Assembly (NCBI GenBank): GCA_964452465.1
Contig: CAYVMD010000002.1
Span: 9,702-73,701 of the forward strand
Length of the DNA: 64,000 bases
Source: an uncultured bacterium
GTDB taxonomy: Bacteria; Armatimonadota; JACIXR01
Reading direction: 5' to 3'
The stretch's first letter is position 1; each line of letters starts with the position of its first letter. The notes under the pieces were generated by a model. That model saw nothing but the letters and a program-made list of their open reading frames with translations. It did no database searches and was not told the DNA's origin. Position numbers and translations under genes: made by a program. This document shows, piece after piece, positions 29,343 through 39,102 of this stretch.

Positions 29343-29394
29343 TCAAAGTCAAACCCTCGGTTTACGAAATCCCGCTGGCATTCCTTTAACATAA

Positions 29395-29421
29395 GGGGGG
29401 CAAGCCTTAAGGCTTGCCCCC
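29395..29421. terminator. G-rich 11-bp hairpin with TTAA loop (terminator-like) between the DUF1559 remnant and the GH-A gene start
   Basis: GGGGGCAAGCC-TTAA-GGCTTGCCCCC; same architecture as the hairpin at 41015-41040. Confidence 0.35.
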
Positions 29422-29512
29422 TCCCTTCCTCCCTTACGAGACCATTGGCTAACGAAGAGCATTAAGTGTGCACCAAGCCCCGGTCCAGTTTATATCCCCC
29501 TTCCAATTGTAA

Positions 29513-29785
29513 TTAGCAAAAGCAATGTCCGCGTTTATCATCTCCGGTGTAAAGATCGAAGAGGCCACCGTTCATCAGGTCCTCATGATAGCCATAGTTG
29601 CATCTTATATTATCCTGAGTCCTACCGAGCTGACCTGGATAACAATAAGTGGGCCACCTCCATTCTTCACGAACGCTTGAGCATCGAAAAACTCCTTCAT
29701 TCTTAACATAAGGCATGATCTGCCCCGTCCAGAACAGACCGCCAGGTGGGATAATTGGGACCATCATTTGATTCGATACTTTCAA
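29513..29785 (-). pseudogene. Internally deleted remnant of a DUF1559/H-X9-DG pilin-like gene
   Basis: Translation MMVPIIPPGG...IMPYVKNEGVFRCSSVREE aligns with the mid-region of 21690..22337 (IPPSPAG...[17 protein letters not shown]); lacks the pilin N-domain; a TTG start overlaps the shared 17-nt motif. Confidence 0.4.
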
Positions 29786-30036
29786 ATCACATCACCACTC
29801 GAAAAAAGGAGGCGAAGCCAAACTCCTCTTGGGGGAAGAGAAAAAGCGGCGGTATCATTTTAGGCAAAACGATAAAAACCCTATGGAGCAGTAGGGCACG
29901 ATCAACCTCTTAAATATTTTGTGGAGAATTGGGTTCAAGGCAAGCATGGGTCTAATATGTTATGGAATTCTTGAATCTCTTGCCTTTGTATTTCGGAGGA
30001 GGTTATCATTGAGAAAAAACAAGGGAGGTAGAAGGA

Positions 30037-30984
30037 TTGCCGAGGATCGTTTCCATCGGGGAGATTCTGGTGGAAATCATGCGAAAGGATGTGGGAGTTT
30101 CCTTGGGGGAAGTAGGAGAGTTCGTGGGACCCTTCCCTTCCGGGGCGCCTGCCATTTTTGCGGATTGCGTGGCTCGCCTGGGAGGAAATGTAGGCTTCAT
30201 AGGTGCGGTTGGTAAGGACGATTTCGGTAAGGTGTGCCGGGAGAGGTTGGAGAGGGACGGGGTGGAGATATCCCATCTTAAGGTGGTGGAGGAAAAGACC
30301 ACCGCCTGTGCCTTCATAGCCTATTACGAATGTGGTGGGCGAACCTTCATCTTCCATATCCGAGACACCGCTGCGGATACGCTCACCCCGGAGGATATAG
30401 ACGAGGAATATCTGAAGGATACCGAGATAATCCATATCTGCGGGTCAGCGCTCTCGGTGAGCAGAAGGATGAGGGAAGCCTGCCTTAAGGCAGCGAGGAT
30501 AGTGAAGGAGAAGGGAGGGAAGGTCTTCTTCGACCCCAACATACGCCCCGAGATACTGCCCATCGAGGAGATAAAAAGGATCGTGAAGCCCATCTATGAG
30601 ATCTGCGATGTCTTCCTGCCCTCAGGGGAAGAGGCAGGGCTCATAACGGGTATAGAGGACCCCTATCGCGCCTGCAGAAGATTGGCGAAGAGGATGGAGT
30701 TGGTGATCTTGAAGGAAGGGGGAAAAGGATGCACCGCCTTCACTAGGCAAGGGGAGTGTTCCATACCTGCCTTCAGGGTGGAAGTTGTTGATCCTACGGG
30801 AGCGGGGGACTGCTTTGCAGGAGCTATAGCAGTGGGGATGTTGGAGGGGATGGGGCTTATGGAGCTTTTACGCTTTGCCAACGCGGTCTCCGCTCTATCC
30901 ATAACTAAGAAAGGACCGATGGAAGGAGCGCCAACGCGGGAGGAGGTGGAGAGGTTCATCTATAATAATGGCCACTCCACCTAA
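30037..30984 (+). CDS. PfkB-family carbohydrate kinase (ribokinase/fructokinase/KDG-kinase type)
   Basis: C-terminal DPTGAGDCFAGA anion-hole motif; N-terminal GG-like glycine loop (LGGNVGFIGAVGKD); TTG start. Confidence 0.75.
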   Translation: MPRIVSIGEILVEIMRKDVGVSLGEVGEFVGPFPSGAPAIFADCVARLGGNVGFIGAVGKDDFGKVCRERLERDGVEISHLKVVEEKTTACAFIAYYECGGRTFIFHIRDTAADTLTPEDIDEEYLKDTEIIHICGSALSVSRRMREACLKAARIVKEKGGKVFFDPNIRPEILPIEEIKRIVKPIYEICDVFLPSGEEAGLITGIEDPYRACRRLAKRMELVILKEGGKGCTAFTRQGECSIPAFRVEVVDPTGAGDCFAGAIAVGMLEGMGLMELLRFANAVSALSITKKGPMEGAPTREEVERFIYNNGHST

Positions 30985-31008
30985 TTCTTTGATAGTAAAG
31001 TTAAAGAG

Positions 31009-34000
31009 GTGAGGAAGATGAAAAGAGGAGCATCGGTTTTGGGGCTTTTAATCTTCTCTTTACTGGCTTATCCCGTTGTCCTTCAACGGGTGCCGGAGTT
31101 GGTGCCGGGGAGGATATCCCAACCTCCCAAGGTGGATGGCTCGCTGGACGATCCCTGTTGGCAGAGCCTTGCCTGGCATAGTCTCTCCCAGGCTCTGAGA
31201 GGGGAGCCCGCGGGGGAGGTAGCTTTCGCCATCGGCTATGATGAGAAAAACCTCTACATAGCGGTAAGGGTGAAGGAAAGCCAACCAACGGTGAATCATA
31301 GGGAAAACGAGAGCAACATATGGGAGGATTCCTGTATAGAGGTCTTCCTGGGGCATCCCCTGCCGGGGATCCCCTTAAGGACCTATCGCCACTATATCCT
31401 TAACGCGGAAGGATATAGGATGGACGAGATAGCTTCTGAGGGGGCAGGAAGTTGGAACGGCAATTGGGAGGGGAAGGTAGGAAGAGGGGGGGAATATTGG
31501 ACGGCGGAGATTAGGATCCCTGCGGGGGACATGGAGCTTTCCTCCTTCAAGGAAGGGATGGTGCTTTCCTTAAATCTCACCGCGCAGGTATTCCATCCCA
31601 CGAATAAATTGCTCAGTTTCGCCCCGGTGGAGGGGACCTTCCATTGTCCCAAGTCCTTCGTTCCCCTCATTATAGGTGAAAAGCCCCCCTTCCAACGGGA
31701 ATCCATTTTGGTGATCAGGGGTTACTCCCAAGCAACCCCTTTCAATGTTTCCCTTCCCGAAGAAAGCAAGTGGGAGGCGTTCATCAGGGGGTTTAAGGCG
31801 GTATCCCAGTTAAAGCCAGGTTCTTACGGGGTGGACATCTTTCAAAAAAGGATTTTGGTAGCCCGCTATGCCCTTAAGGTCCCTTGGTTCTCCAAGGAAG
31901 GAATCGGGGAGGTTTTGGGTGAGAATTCGTCCCTTCTCGTTTGGACCGCCGATCCCATGCGCAAGATCTTCAAGGAGCAAAAGCCTCCCGCACAGAGGGG
32001 AAGCGCTATAAGGATGCTGGGCGCCAAGGGGGAATGGGAGATGGCGCAGGTGATCTTCACCCCCCTCCAGGATATAGATGCCTTCTCCCTCCGGGTTACC
32101 AACCTACAGGGGCCGGGGACGATACCCGCCTCCCGAGTGAGGATCTACAAGGTGGAGTATGTCCCAATAACCATTCCCACCGACCCCGATGGCGAACCGG
32201 GGGATTATCCCGATCCTTTGGTGGAGGTGAAGGGAAGCCTGAATTTGGAGGGGGGAATCAACCATCCTTTCATCTTGGATCTCTTAATCCCTCCTAACGC
32301 CAAGGCGGGAACCTATAAGGGCAAAGTGGAGGCTTACTCCAAGGGGAAGAAGTTGATAGAGGTGCCCATCGAACTTAGGGTGCTCAACTTCTCCCTGCCC
32401 CAAAAGCCCAAGGATTTCCATCTCCATACTGCCTACGGGATGAATGTCAATCTGGAATACCATAAAGCGAGCCCTCAGGATCTGGAGAAGATCTTTCCCT
32501 ATTACCTTCAAATGCTCGCCGAGCATCACATCAGCCCCTACGATCCTTTCCTCCGTAAGGTGAAGTATAATCTCCAGGGGGAAAGTTGGGAGGTTTCCAA
32601 CGGGGAGCTCTCCCTCACATTCCCCACCACCGGCGCTACCATCGCTACCCTCTCCCAGAAGGGCTCGGTTATGGGGACCCTTTCCTTCTGCCTCGATGCG
32701 AGGGAGAAGGAAACGGTGAGTTGGCCTGGGTTGGAAAGGGTGAAGCCCGAGGTAGTGCTCCAAGGACCGTTGCGCTGTAAGGTGAGGGTGAAGGGGGAAA
32801 AGTTATCCTCCTCTCTTGCCCAAAGGAGGTATGAGGTGCTGGAGGAGATAGAAGTATTCAGGGGGCAAAAATGGTTCACTCGCAGGCTACTGACCCTTCG
32901 CTCCACGGATGATAATCCCTACTTCGTGCCCCTTTATTTCCTCCTCCTTTCGCCCAGCGATGCGGGAGCGGAGGCAGTGAACGGGGAAGGATGGGGGATG
33001 TGGCGTACCGAGGAGGGGATTTTGGGTGCCCTGGAGACGAAACAGGGGGATTTCAACTTCGCCCTGCGAAGGGATGAGGGGGGTGGTTTCCACGGCGATG
33101 TGACGCGAACGGTGAACCTTGAGATGGAGAAGGGGAAGGGGCTGGATTCGCCCCAGCCTGCCCTCGTGGTCTTCTGCGGAAAAGGAGAGGATCAGGGCGC
33201 CCTTCTTACTTTAAAGGAAAAATTAACCCATCCCCTCGATGTCTCCTTGGAAAGGGAGGGGGATTCCCTCCTCATAAGGATAAAGGAAACGAGGGGGATA
33301 GCCAGGAAGGAGGAGCCCTTGGTCGTCCTTCTACCCGAGGGAATAAATTGGCGGTTCATTGGGGTTTGGGACGGCGCTAAGGAGGTTCCCTCTCAACTGG
33401 ACGGGAGGGAGTTGACGCTCCTCGTGGATGTCCCCGCCAATGGCGAGAAGGTGTTGAGGGCGAGGGAAGCGAAGAGCCCTTGGAAAGGAGAAGGTATAAG
33501 GGCAAAGAGGAAACCTCCCAAGGTGGAAGTGGATTTCTCCGCCTTCGAGGGCTCAGCGAAATATGCCTTGGACCACATCGGCTTCTCCGATTATAACCTC
33601 ACCGGTGTGCTGGACATGGGATGGCTGTGGCGTTGGGAGGGCATCTCCGAGGAGGAGGCGAAACTATACGAGGAGTTGGGGCGAAAGGTGGAGGATTTCC
33701 TGGGCAAGAGGGGCTGGCTTAAGAGGACTTACTGCTACTGGCTCGATGAGCCGGAAGAATCCGCCTATCCCTTCGTCATAGGGGGGATGAAGCTCCTGAA
33801 GAGGACATTCCCCCATGTGCGAAGGCTCCTTACCGAACAGCCCGAGCCTCCCCTCTACGGTTATGTTGACCTTTGGGTCCCCGTATTCCATCTTTACGAC
33901 CAAAAGAGGTGCCAAGAACGGCAGAGGAAGAGAGAGGAGGTTTGGTGGTATGTCTGCTGTGCACCTCGGCATCCCTATCCCAATAACTTCATAGATTACC

Positions 34001-34446
34001 CCGGCATAGAGCACAGGATTCGGCTTTGGATGAACTGGAAATACAATGTTACCGGTGATCTCTACTGGTCCACTACTTATTGGCATAAGAACCCTTGGCG
34101 CACCCCCATGTCCTACACTCCCGATGACAGGGGAATGTGGGGCAACGGCGATGGCTATCTCCTCTATCCCCCCGAGAGAGGAGAGCCTAAGGGGAAGGTC
34201 CTAACGGGACCCCTTCCTTCCCTTAGGATAAAGTTGATCCGGGAAGGCATCGAGGATGCGGAGTACCTCTGGATGTTGGAGGAAAGGGTGAAGGGAATGG
34301 CGAATCCTCCCAAGGAGGCGATAAACGCTTTGGAGGAGGCGAGAGGGCTCGTTAGGAGTCAAACGGATTTCGAGACCTCGCCGGAGCGCCTCCAGGAGGT
34401 TAGGAGGAAGGTAGGGCTAGCTTTGGAGAAGCTCATTTCCCGTTGA
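31009..34446 (+). CDS. Secreted CBM9-like plus DUF4091 (GH123-like beta-N-acetylgalactosaminidase-related) glycosidase
   Basis: Signal peptide; N-terminal CBM9-like module (DGSLDDPCW...NLYIAVRV...CIEVFL); C-terminal DUF4091 signature (GNGDGYLLYPP...LPSLRIKLIREGIEDAEYLWML). Confidence 0.55.
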   Translation: MRKMKRGASVLGLLIFSLLAYPVVLQRVPELVPGRISQPPKVDGSLDDPCWQSLAWHSLSQALRGEPAGEVAFAIGYDEKNLYIAVRVKESQPTVNHRENESNIWEDSCIEVFLGHPLPGIPLRTYRHYILNAEGYRMDEIASEGAGSWNGNWEGKVGRGGEYWTAEIRIPAGDMELSSFKEGMVLSLNLTAQVFHPTNKLLSFAPVEGTFHCPKSFVPLIIGEKPPFQRESILVIRGYSQATPFNVSLPEESKWEAFIRGFKAVSQLKPGSYGVDIFQKRILVARYALKVPWFSKEGIGEVLGENSSLLVWTADPMRKIFKEQKPPAQRGSAIRMLGAKGEWEMAQVIFTPLQDIDAFSLRVTNLQGPGTIPASRVRIYKVEYVPITIPTDPDGEPGDYPDPLVEVKGSLNLEGGINHPFILDLLIPPNAKAGTYKGKVEAYSKGKKLIEVPIELRVLNFSLPQKPKDFHLHTAYGMNVNLEYHKASPQDLEKIFPYYLQMLAEHHISPYDPFLRKVKYNLQGESWEVSNGELSLTFPTTGATIATLSQKGSVMGTLSFCLDAREKETVSWPGLERVKPEVVLQGPLRCKVRVKGEKLSSSLAQRRYEVLEEIEVFRGQKWFTRRLLTLRSTDDNPYFVPLYFLLLSPSDAGAEAVNGEGWGMWRTEEGILGALETKQGDFNFALRRDEGGGFHGDVTRTVNLEMEKGKGLDSPQPALVVFCGKGEDQGALLTLKEKLTHPLDVSLEREGDSLLIRIKETRGIARKEEPLVVLLPEGINWRFIGVWDGAKEVPSQLDGRELTLLVDVPANGEKVLRAREAKSPWKGEGIRAKRKPPKVEVDFSAFEGSAKYALDHIGFSDYNLTGVLDMGWLWRWEGISEEEAKLYEELGRKVEDFLGKRGWLKRTYCYWLDEPEESAYPFVIGGMKLLKRTFPHVRRLLTEQPEPPLYGYVDLWVPVFHLYDQKRCQERQRKREEVWWYVCCAPRHPYPNNFIDYPGIEHRIRLWMNWKYNVTGDLYWSTTYWHKNPWRTPMSYTPDDRGMWGNGDGYLLYPPERGEPKGKVLTGPLPSLRIKLIREGIEDAEYLWMLEERVKGMANPPKEAINALEEARGLVRSQTDFETSPERLQEVRRKVGLALEKLISR

Positions 34447-35167
34447 TTTGAAGGAGGGTTATCTCGGGAGGGCAAAAGAGGCGGAAGGGCAAACGGCTGG
34501 TGCCTATTCCTCGGGAGATGTAAAGGTAGAGATGACCGAATTTGAATAGCCCGCTGGCATATCTCCTGCCCAATTTACTGCGGGTGATGAGGGGTCCCAA
34601 GAGAGGGAGGACGATCTGCCCTCCATGGGTATGCCCGCTGAGGACTAAATCCACCTTCCTCCACTCCCCGGGTAAAAGCAGTACGCTGGGGCGATGGGAT
34701 AGAAGAACGGAGATATCGCCATAGGGTAAGCGGTGAAGAAGGCTGGAAACCCTCTTTGGTGGTTCGGACACCCCGGTAAGGATGATGCTTTGGCTTCCAC
34801 TATGAATAACCTGGAAGATATCTTTGAGCACATAAACCCCTGCGCTTTTGAGTATGGGTAGATCGAGTTCCTCCCTTTCGTTGTTGCCTAAAACGGCGAA
34901 TTTTCCCAAAGGAGGGTTCAAGCGTCTCAAAAATTCCCGAAAACTTTTTACCCTATTCGCCCTATAACCCTCTAAGTAATCGCCGAGGAGAAGGCAGATG
35001 TCGAATTCCTCCTTCTCTATGAGAGGGTAAAGGGCGGAGTAACTCTCCCCCCTCCAATGCAAGTCCGCCAAAAGGAGAAGCCGAAGGCTTTCCCCCCTCC
35101 AGCGGGGAAGGTTAATGCTCACCCGCTCTATCCTTATCCCCTTTAGCGCGAAGGAAAGGTGTAACAC
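34433..35167 (-). CDS. Calcineurin-like metallophosphoesterase
   Basis: LLLADLHW, GNNE, GHTHGGQ metallophosphatase motifs; converges on, and overlaps by 14 nt, the 3' end of 31009..34446. Confidence 0.65.
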   Translation of the reverse strand: MLHLSFALKGIRIERVSINLPRWRGESLRLLLLADLHWRGESYSALYPLIEKEEFDICLLLGDYLEGYRANRVKSFREFLRRLNPPLGKFAVLGNNEREELDLPILKSAGVYVLKDIFQVIHSGSQSIILTGVSEPPKRVSSLLHRLPYGDISVLLSHRPSVLLLPGEWRKVDLVLSGHTHGGQIVLPLLGPLITRSKLGRRYASGLFKFGHLYLYISRGIGTSRLPFRLFCPPEITLLQINGK

Positions 35168-35177
35168 CCGGTGGGTT

Positions 35178-36320
35178 TTACTCCGTGGTCTTCCTCAGCA
35201 ATTGGCGAAGTTCCGTGGGATTGGGAGAAGCGGAAAGAGCTTCCTCGAGCGTGACCCATCCTTTGGTATAGAGATTGGCTATAGATTGGTTCATCGTTAT
35301 CATCCCGAAGTGGGTGCCTTCCTTTATGGAAGCGTAAAGTTCGGTGGTGCGCCCCTCCTCGATGAGCTTCTTCACGGTGGGGGAGGAGGTCATTATCTCC
35401 ACCGCGGGCACGCGCCCTTGCCCGGAAGCGTGCCTCAGGAGCCTCTGAGCGATCACGCTCACCAAGGTGTTGGACAATTGTTCATAGATCGCGGAGCTCT
35501 CGTGAGGGGGGAAACTGTGGACTATGCGGTCTATGGCGGAGGGAGCGGTAATGGTATGGAGGGAGGTGAGGACGAGATGCCCCATCTCCGCTGCCATCAT
35601 GGCTATGCTCATCGTTTCCGCGTCCCTCATCTCCCCGATCATTATCACATCAGGGGTTTCCCGCAGGGCGTTTTTGAGAGCCTGGGCGTAGGAAAGGGTG
35701 TCCTTACCCACCTCCCTCTGGCAGATGACCGCCTTCTTGTCCTCGAATACATATTCTATGGGATCCTCTATGGTGATGATATGTGCCTCCCTCGTTTGAT
35801 TTATGTGCTCTATCATCGCTGCGATGGTAGTGGATTTGCCCGATCCGGTGGGACCGGTCACGATTATCAATCCCTGAGGGTAAGAGGCGAGGGTCTTCAA
35901 GAAGGGAGGAAGGAGCAATTGCTCTATGGTGGGTATCTTAAGGGGAATGAGGCGCATAGTTATGGCGATGCTCCCCTTCTGTAGAAAGAGATTAGCCCTC
36001 ACCCTCGCTATATCGGGTAGGGTGAAGACCAGGTCCAATTCCTCTCCCCTGTTGAGGCGTCCCAATCTCTCCTCCGCTAATCCCTTCGTCACATCCGGCG
36101 CTTTCTCGGGATCCCTGAATTGGAGGAGGTAATCCCGCGTAGCGCTGTAGGCGATGTTCTGGGCGATCTCCAGCATATCCTCTTGATACAGGACATCGAA
36201 ATCGTCCATGGGGCGGAGATTGCCATCCACCCTCATCACGGGCTTATTGCCCACCTTCAGGATAATATCAGAAGCGCGATTTTGGACTCCTTTCTGCACC
36301 ATTTCATATAATTCCGCCAT
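35178..36320 (-). CDS. pilT: Type IV pilus twitching-motility ATPase PilT
   Basis: Walker A GPTGSGKST; PilT-type blocks (IITIEDPIEY, MIGEMRD, GHLVLTSLHT); about 380 aa. Confidence 0.85.
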   Translation of the reverse strand: MAELYEMVQKGVQNRASDIILKVGNKPVMRVDGNLRPMDDFDVLYQEDMLEIAQNIAYSATRDYLLQFRDPEKAPDVTKGLAEERLGRLNRGEELDLVFTLPDIARVRANLFLQKGSIAITMRLIPLKIPTIEQLLLPPFLKTLASYPQGLIIVTGPTGSGKSTTIAAMIEHINQTREAHIITIEDPIEYVFEDKKAVICQREVGKDTLSYAQALKNALRETPDVIMIGEMRDAETMSIAMMAAEMGHLVLTSLHTITAPSAIDRIVHSFPPHESSAIYEQLSNTLVSVIAQRLLRHASGQGRVPAVEIMTSSPTVKKLIEEGRTTELYASIKEGTHFGMITMNQSIANLYTKGWVTLEEALSASPNPTELRQLLRKTTE

Positions 36321-37725
36321 CTTGTGCTAACACCTCCTTGGCTTTTTGAACTTGGGCAGTAACCGCTACTTCGCCCGTGCCTCCGGGGAAGTTCCTCCTC
36401 GTGAGGTAGGATTCCAAGGAAAGGCATCGATAAATGTCATCCTCAAACAAGGGGGAAAACCTCTTCCATTCCTCGAGATCCAGTTCCTTCAACTTTTTCC
36501 CCTGCTCTAAAGCATAGGAGATAACCTGCCCCACGATCCGATGGGCTTTGCGGAAGGGAGTTCCTTTCTTTAAAAGATAATCCGCTATATCCACGGCGAA
36601 GAGATAATCGTCCACGCTTTCCTCCATCCTTTCCCTATTGAAGGAAAGGTTCTCCAAGATCTTTCTCATAGCATGGAGGGAGGATTTTAGGGTGTCAACC
36701 GCATCGAAAAGGAAACTCTTGTCCTCCTGCAGGTCTATGTTGTAGGCGAGAGGCAACCCCTTTAGGACGGTGAACAGGGAAACGAAATTGCCGAGCATTC
36801 TTCCCGCCTTTGCCCTTATTAATTCTGCGGAATCGGGGTTTTTCTTATGGGGCATGATGCTGGAACCGGTGCAAACCGCATCGGCGAGTTGAACGAATGC
36901 GAACTCCTGAGTGGACCAAAGGACGATCTCATTGGCGAGGCGAGAGAGGTGAAGGAAGGAGATGCAGGCATCGGCGAGGAACTCCAGGACGAAGTCGCGA
37001 TCGGAGACGGCGTCGAGGGAATTCTCAAAAACCTTACTGAAGCCCAACTCCTGAGCGATCACCTGAGGATCCAATTCTACCCCTGCCAGAGCACCTGCTC
37101 CTTGGGGGGAAACATCCACCCTTTTATAGGCATCCTTTAACCTCTCCTTATCCCTCTGGAGCATCCAGAAGTAGGCAAGGAGGTGATGGGAAAGAAGGAC
37201 GGGCTGGGCGTGTTGGAGGTGGGTATAGCCGGGAAGGACATGATCCTTGTGCGCTTCCGCCAAGGAGAGGAGAACGGTTTGGAGGGCGTGGATCGCCTCC
37301 ACTATCTCCTTTATCTCCTCCTTTAGGAAAAGGCGCATATCGCAGGCTATCTGATCGTTGCGGGAACGAGCATAGCGCAGGAATCCCGCTTCTTCCCCCA
37401 CCCGCTCGTAAAGCCAATTCTCAAGGAGGGTATGCACATCCTCCGCTTCATCGCCTTTTATCTCTATCTCCCCCTTCTTTATTCCCTCCTCGAGCTTCTC
37501 CAATGCGTTCAGGATCTTCCCTTCTAATTCCTCGCTTATTATCCCCGCTTTTCTCAAAGCCTTTGCATGTGCTTTCGTGGATAGAATGTCGTAGAGGATG
37601 AGCCTTCTATCCACGGGAAGGGAGGAAAGAAATTCCTCAATAAGAGGGTTTAGGGGTTCCTTAAATCTGCCCCCCCATAACTTCAACTCTTCTGCCTCCT
37701 CTCCATCTTGTAGGGAAGCCCCCAT
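36304..37725 (-). CDS. argH: Argininosuccinate lyase
   Basis: Fumarate-lyase signature [12 protein letters not shown]; N-terminal LWGGRFKE; overlaps argG upstream and pilT downstream. Confidence 0.85.
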   Translation of the reverse strand: MGASLQDGEEAEELKLWGGRFKEPLNPLIEEFLSSLPVDRRLILYDILSTKAHAKALRKAGIISEELEGKILNALEKLEEGIKKGEIEIKGDEAEDVHTLLENWLYERVGEEAGFLRYARSRNDQIACDMRLFLKEEIKEIVEAIHALQTVLLSLAEAHKDHVLPGYTHLQHAQPVLLSHHLLAYFWMLQRDKERLKDAYKRVDVSPQGAGALAGVELDPQVIAQELGFSKVFENSLDAVSDRDFVLEFLADACISFLHLSRLANEIVLWSTQEFAFVQLADAVCTGSSIMPHKKNPDSAELIRAKAGRMLGNFVSLFTVLKGLPLAYNIDLQEDKSFLFDAVDTLKSSLHAMRKILENLSFNRERMEESVDDYLFAVDIADYLLKKGTPFRKAHRIVGQVISYALEQGKKLKELDLEEWKRFSPLFEDDIYRCLSLESYLTRRNFPGGTGEVAVTAQVQKAKEVLAQDGGII

Positions 37726-38876
37726 AGCCTCACGAAGCCCTCCGCCAACCTCTGGTCGAATATATCCCCTTCCCCGTAAGTAGCTAAGGAAAGGTCATAT
37801 AAGCTATAGGGGGAGGAGCGCCCTACGGGCTGGCAAGTCCCCTTGTATAGTTTGAGCCTCACCTTGCCCGATACGAATTTCTCTGCTTCCTCTACGAAGG
37901 CATCCATGCTTTCCCTCAGATGGGAGAACCAAAGACCATAGTATACGATCTCCGCGTATTTGGTATCTATTTGACTTTGCTTGAAATGGAGGAGTTCCCT
38001 GCTCATGGTGAGCCCCTCCAGGTCCTTGTGGGCAGTTATGAGGAGGGTGGCAGCGGGAGCTTCATATACCTCCCTTGACTTTATGCCCACCAATCTATTC
38101 TCCACCATGTCTATCCTGCCCACCCCATGCCTTCCAGCGATCTCGTTCAAAAGGGAGATCAAATTGTGGGGAGGCAACTTCTTCCCATTCACCCCCACCG
38201 GCTCCCCCTTCTCGAACTCTATCTCCACATATTCCCCTTCCTCGGGGGCTTCCTTGGGAGAAATAGTCCACTCGAAGATATCCTCGGGGGGCTCTGCGGA
38301 GGGGTCCTCGAGGATTCCGCATTCTATCGACCGCCCCCAGAGGTTCACATCTATGGAATAGGGCTTTTCCTTCTTAGCGGGCACGGGTATCCCCTTCTCC
38401 CGGGCGTACTCCATCTCCTCTTCCCTCGAAAGCCCCCACTCCCTCACGGGAGCGATGATCCTCAGATCGGGGGCCAAAGCCATGAAGGATACCTCGAAGC
38501 GCACCTGATCGTTCCCCTTTCCGGTGGAACCGTGGGCAACCGCCTGTGCTTTCTCCTGCCTCGCTATCTCGACCACCTTCTGGGCGATGAGGGGGCGGGA
38601 AAGGGCAGCGGATAGGGGGTAGTGTCCTTCGTAAAGGGCGTTCGCCTTTAGCGCCCGGAAGGCGAATTCCTTAGCGAATTCCTCCCGGGCATCTACAACA
38701 TAACTTGCCACTGCTCCTATCTTAAGGGCGCGCTCTCTGATCTCCTCGTAGTTCTTCTCCTCTCCCACATCCACAGCCACTGCTATGACATCCATACCGT
38801 ATTTCTCCTGTAACCATTTTATGGCCACCGAGGTATCTAACCCGCCGGAATAGGCTAAGACAACCTTCTCCTTCAA
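37683..38876 (-). CDS. argG: Argininosuccinate synthase
   Basis: [11 protein letters not shown]-loop plus [13 protein letters not shown] block; about 397 aa. Confidence 0.9.
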   Translation of the reverse strand: MKEKVVLAYSGGLDTSVAIKWLQEKYGMDVIAVAVDVGEEKNYEEIRERALKIGAVASYVVDAREEFAKEFAFRALKANALYEGHYPLSAALSRPLIAQKVVEIARQEKAQAVAHGSTGKGNDQVRFEVSFMALAPDLRIIAPVREWGLSREEEMEYAREKGIPVPAKKEKPYSIDVNLWGRSIECGILEDPSAEPPEDIFEWTISPKEAPEEGEYVEIEFEKGEPVGVNGKKLPPHNLISLLNEIAGRHGVGRIDMVENRLVGIKSREVYEAPAATLLITAHKDLEGLTMSRELLHFKQSQIDTKYAEIVYYGLWFSHLRESMDAFVEEAEKFVSGKVRLKLYKGTCQPVGRSSPYSLYDLSLATYGEGDIFDQRLAEGFVRLWGLPYKMERRQKS

Positions 38877-39102
38877 TTTAACAACCTCCTTTTATAACTC
38901 TTAAATTATAAAGCTTTTTCCTCTTCATATCAACAAACGCTCGGGAAAGATACCCTTGTCAGCGAATATGCCCCTTATTTCATTTGAGGGAGGAGGTCCT
39001 AAAGACGGAGGAATACAACCGAAAATTCGTCATTTTGACACACAAATGACATATTAAACTTCTAAACTTGAGAAAATTGCTCCAAAAGGAGGTAGAAAGA
39101 AG

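Noticed and set aside
38877-39102. Possible cobalamin riboswitch upstream of the BtuB-sized TonB-dependent receptor
   Set aside because: No B12-box (GCCACTG-like core) or the characteristic paired regions are present. Only a TTGACA -35-like hexamer (39033-39038) and an AGGAGG SD were found.
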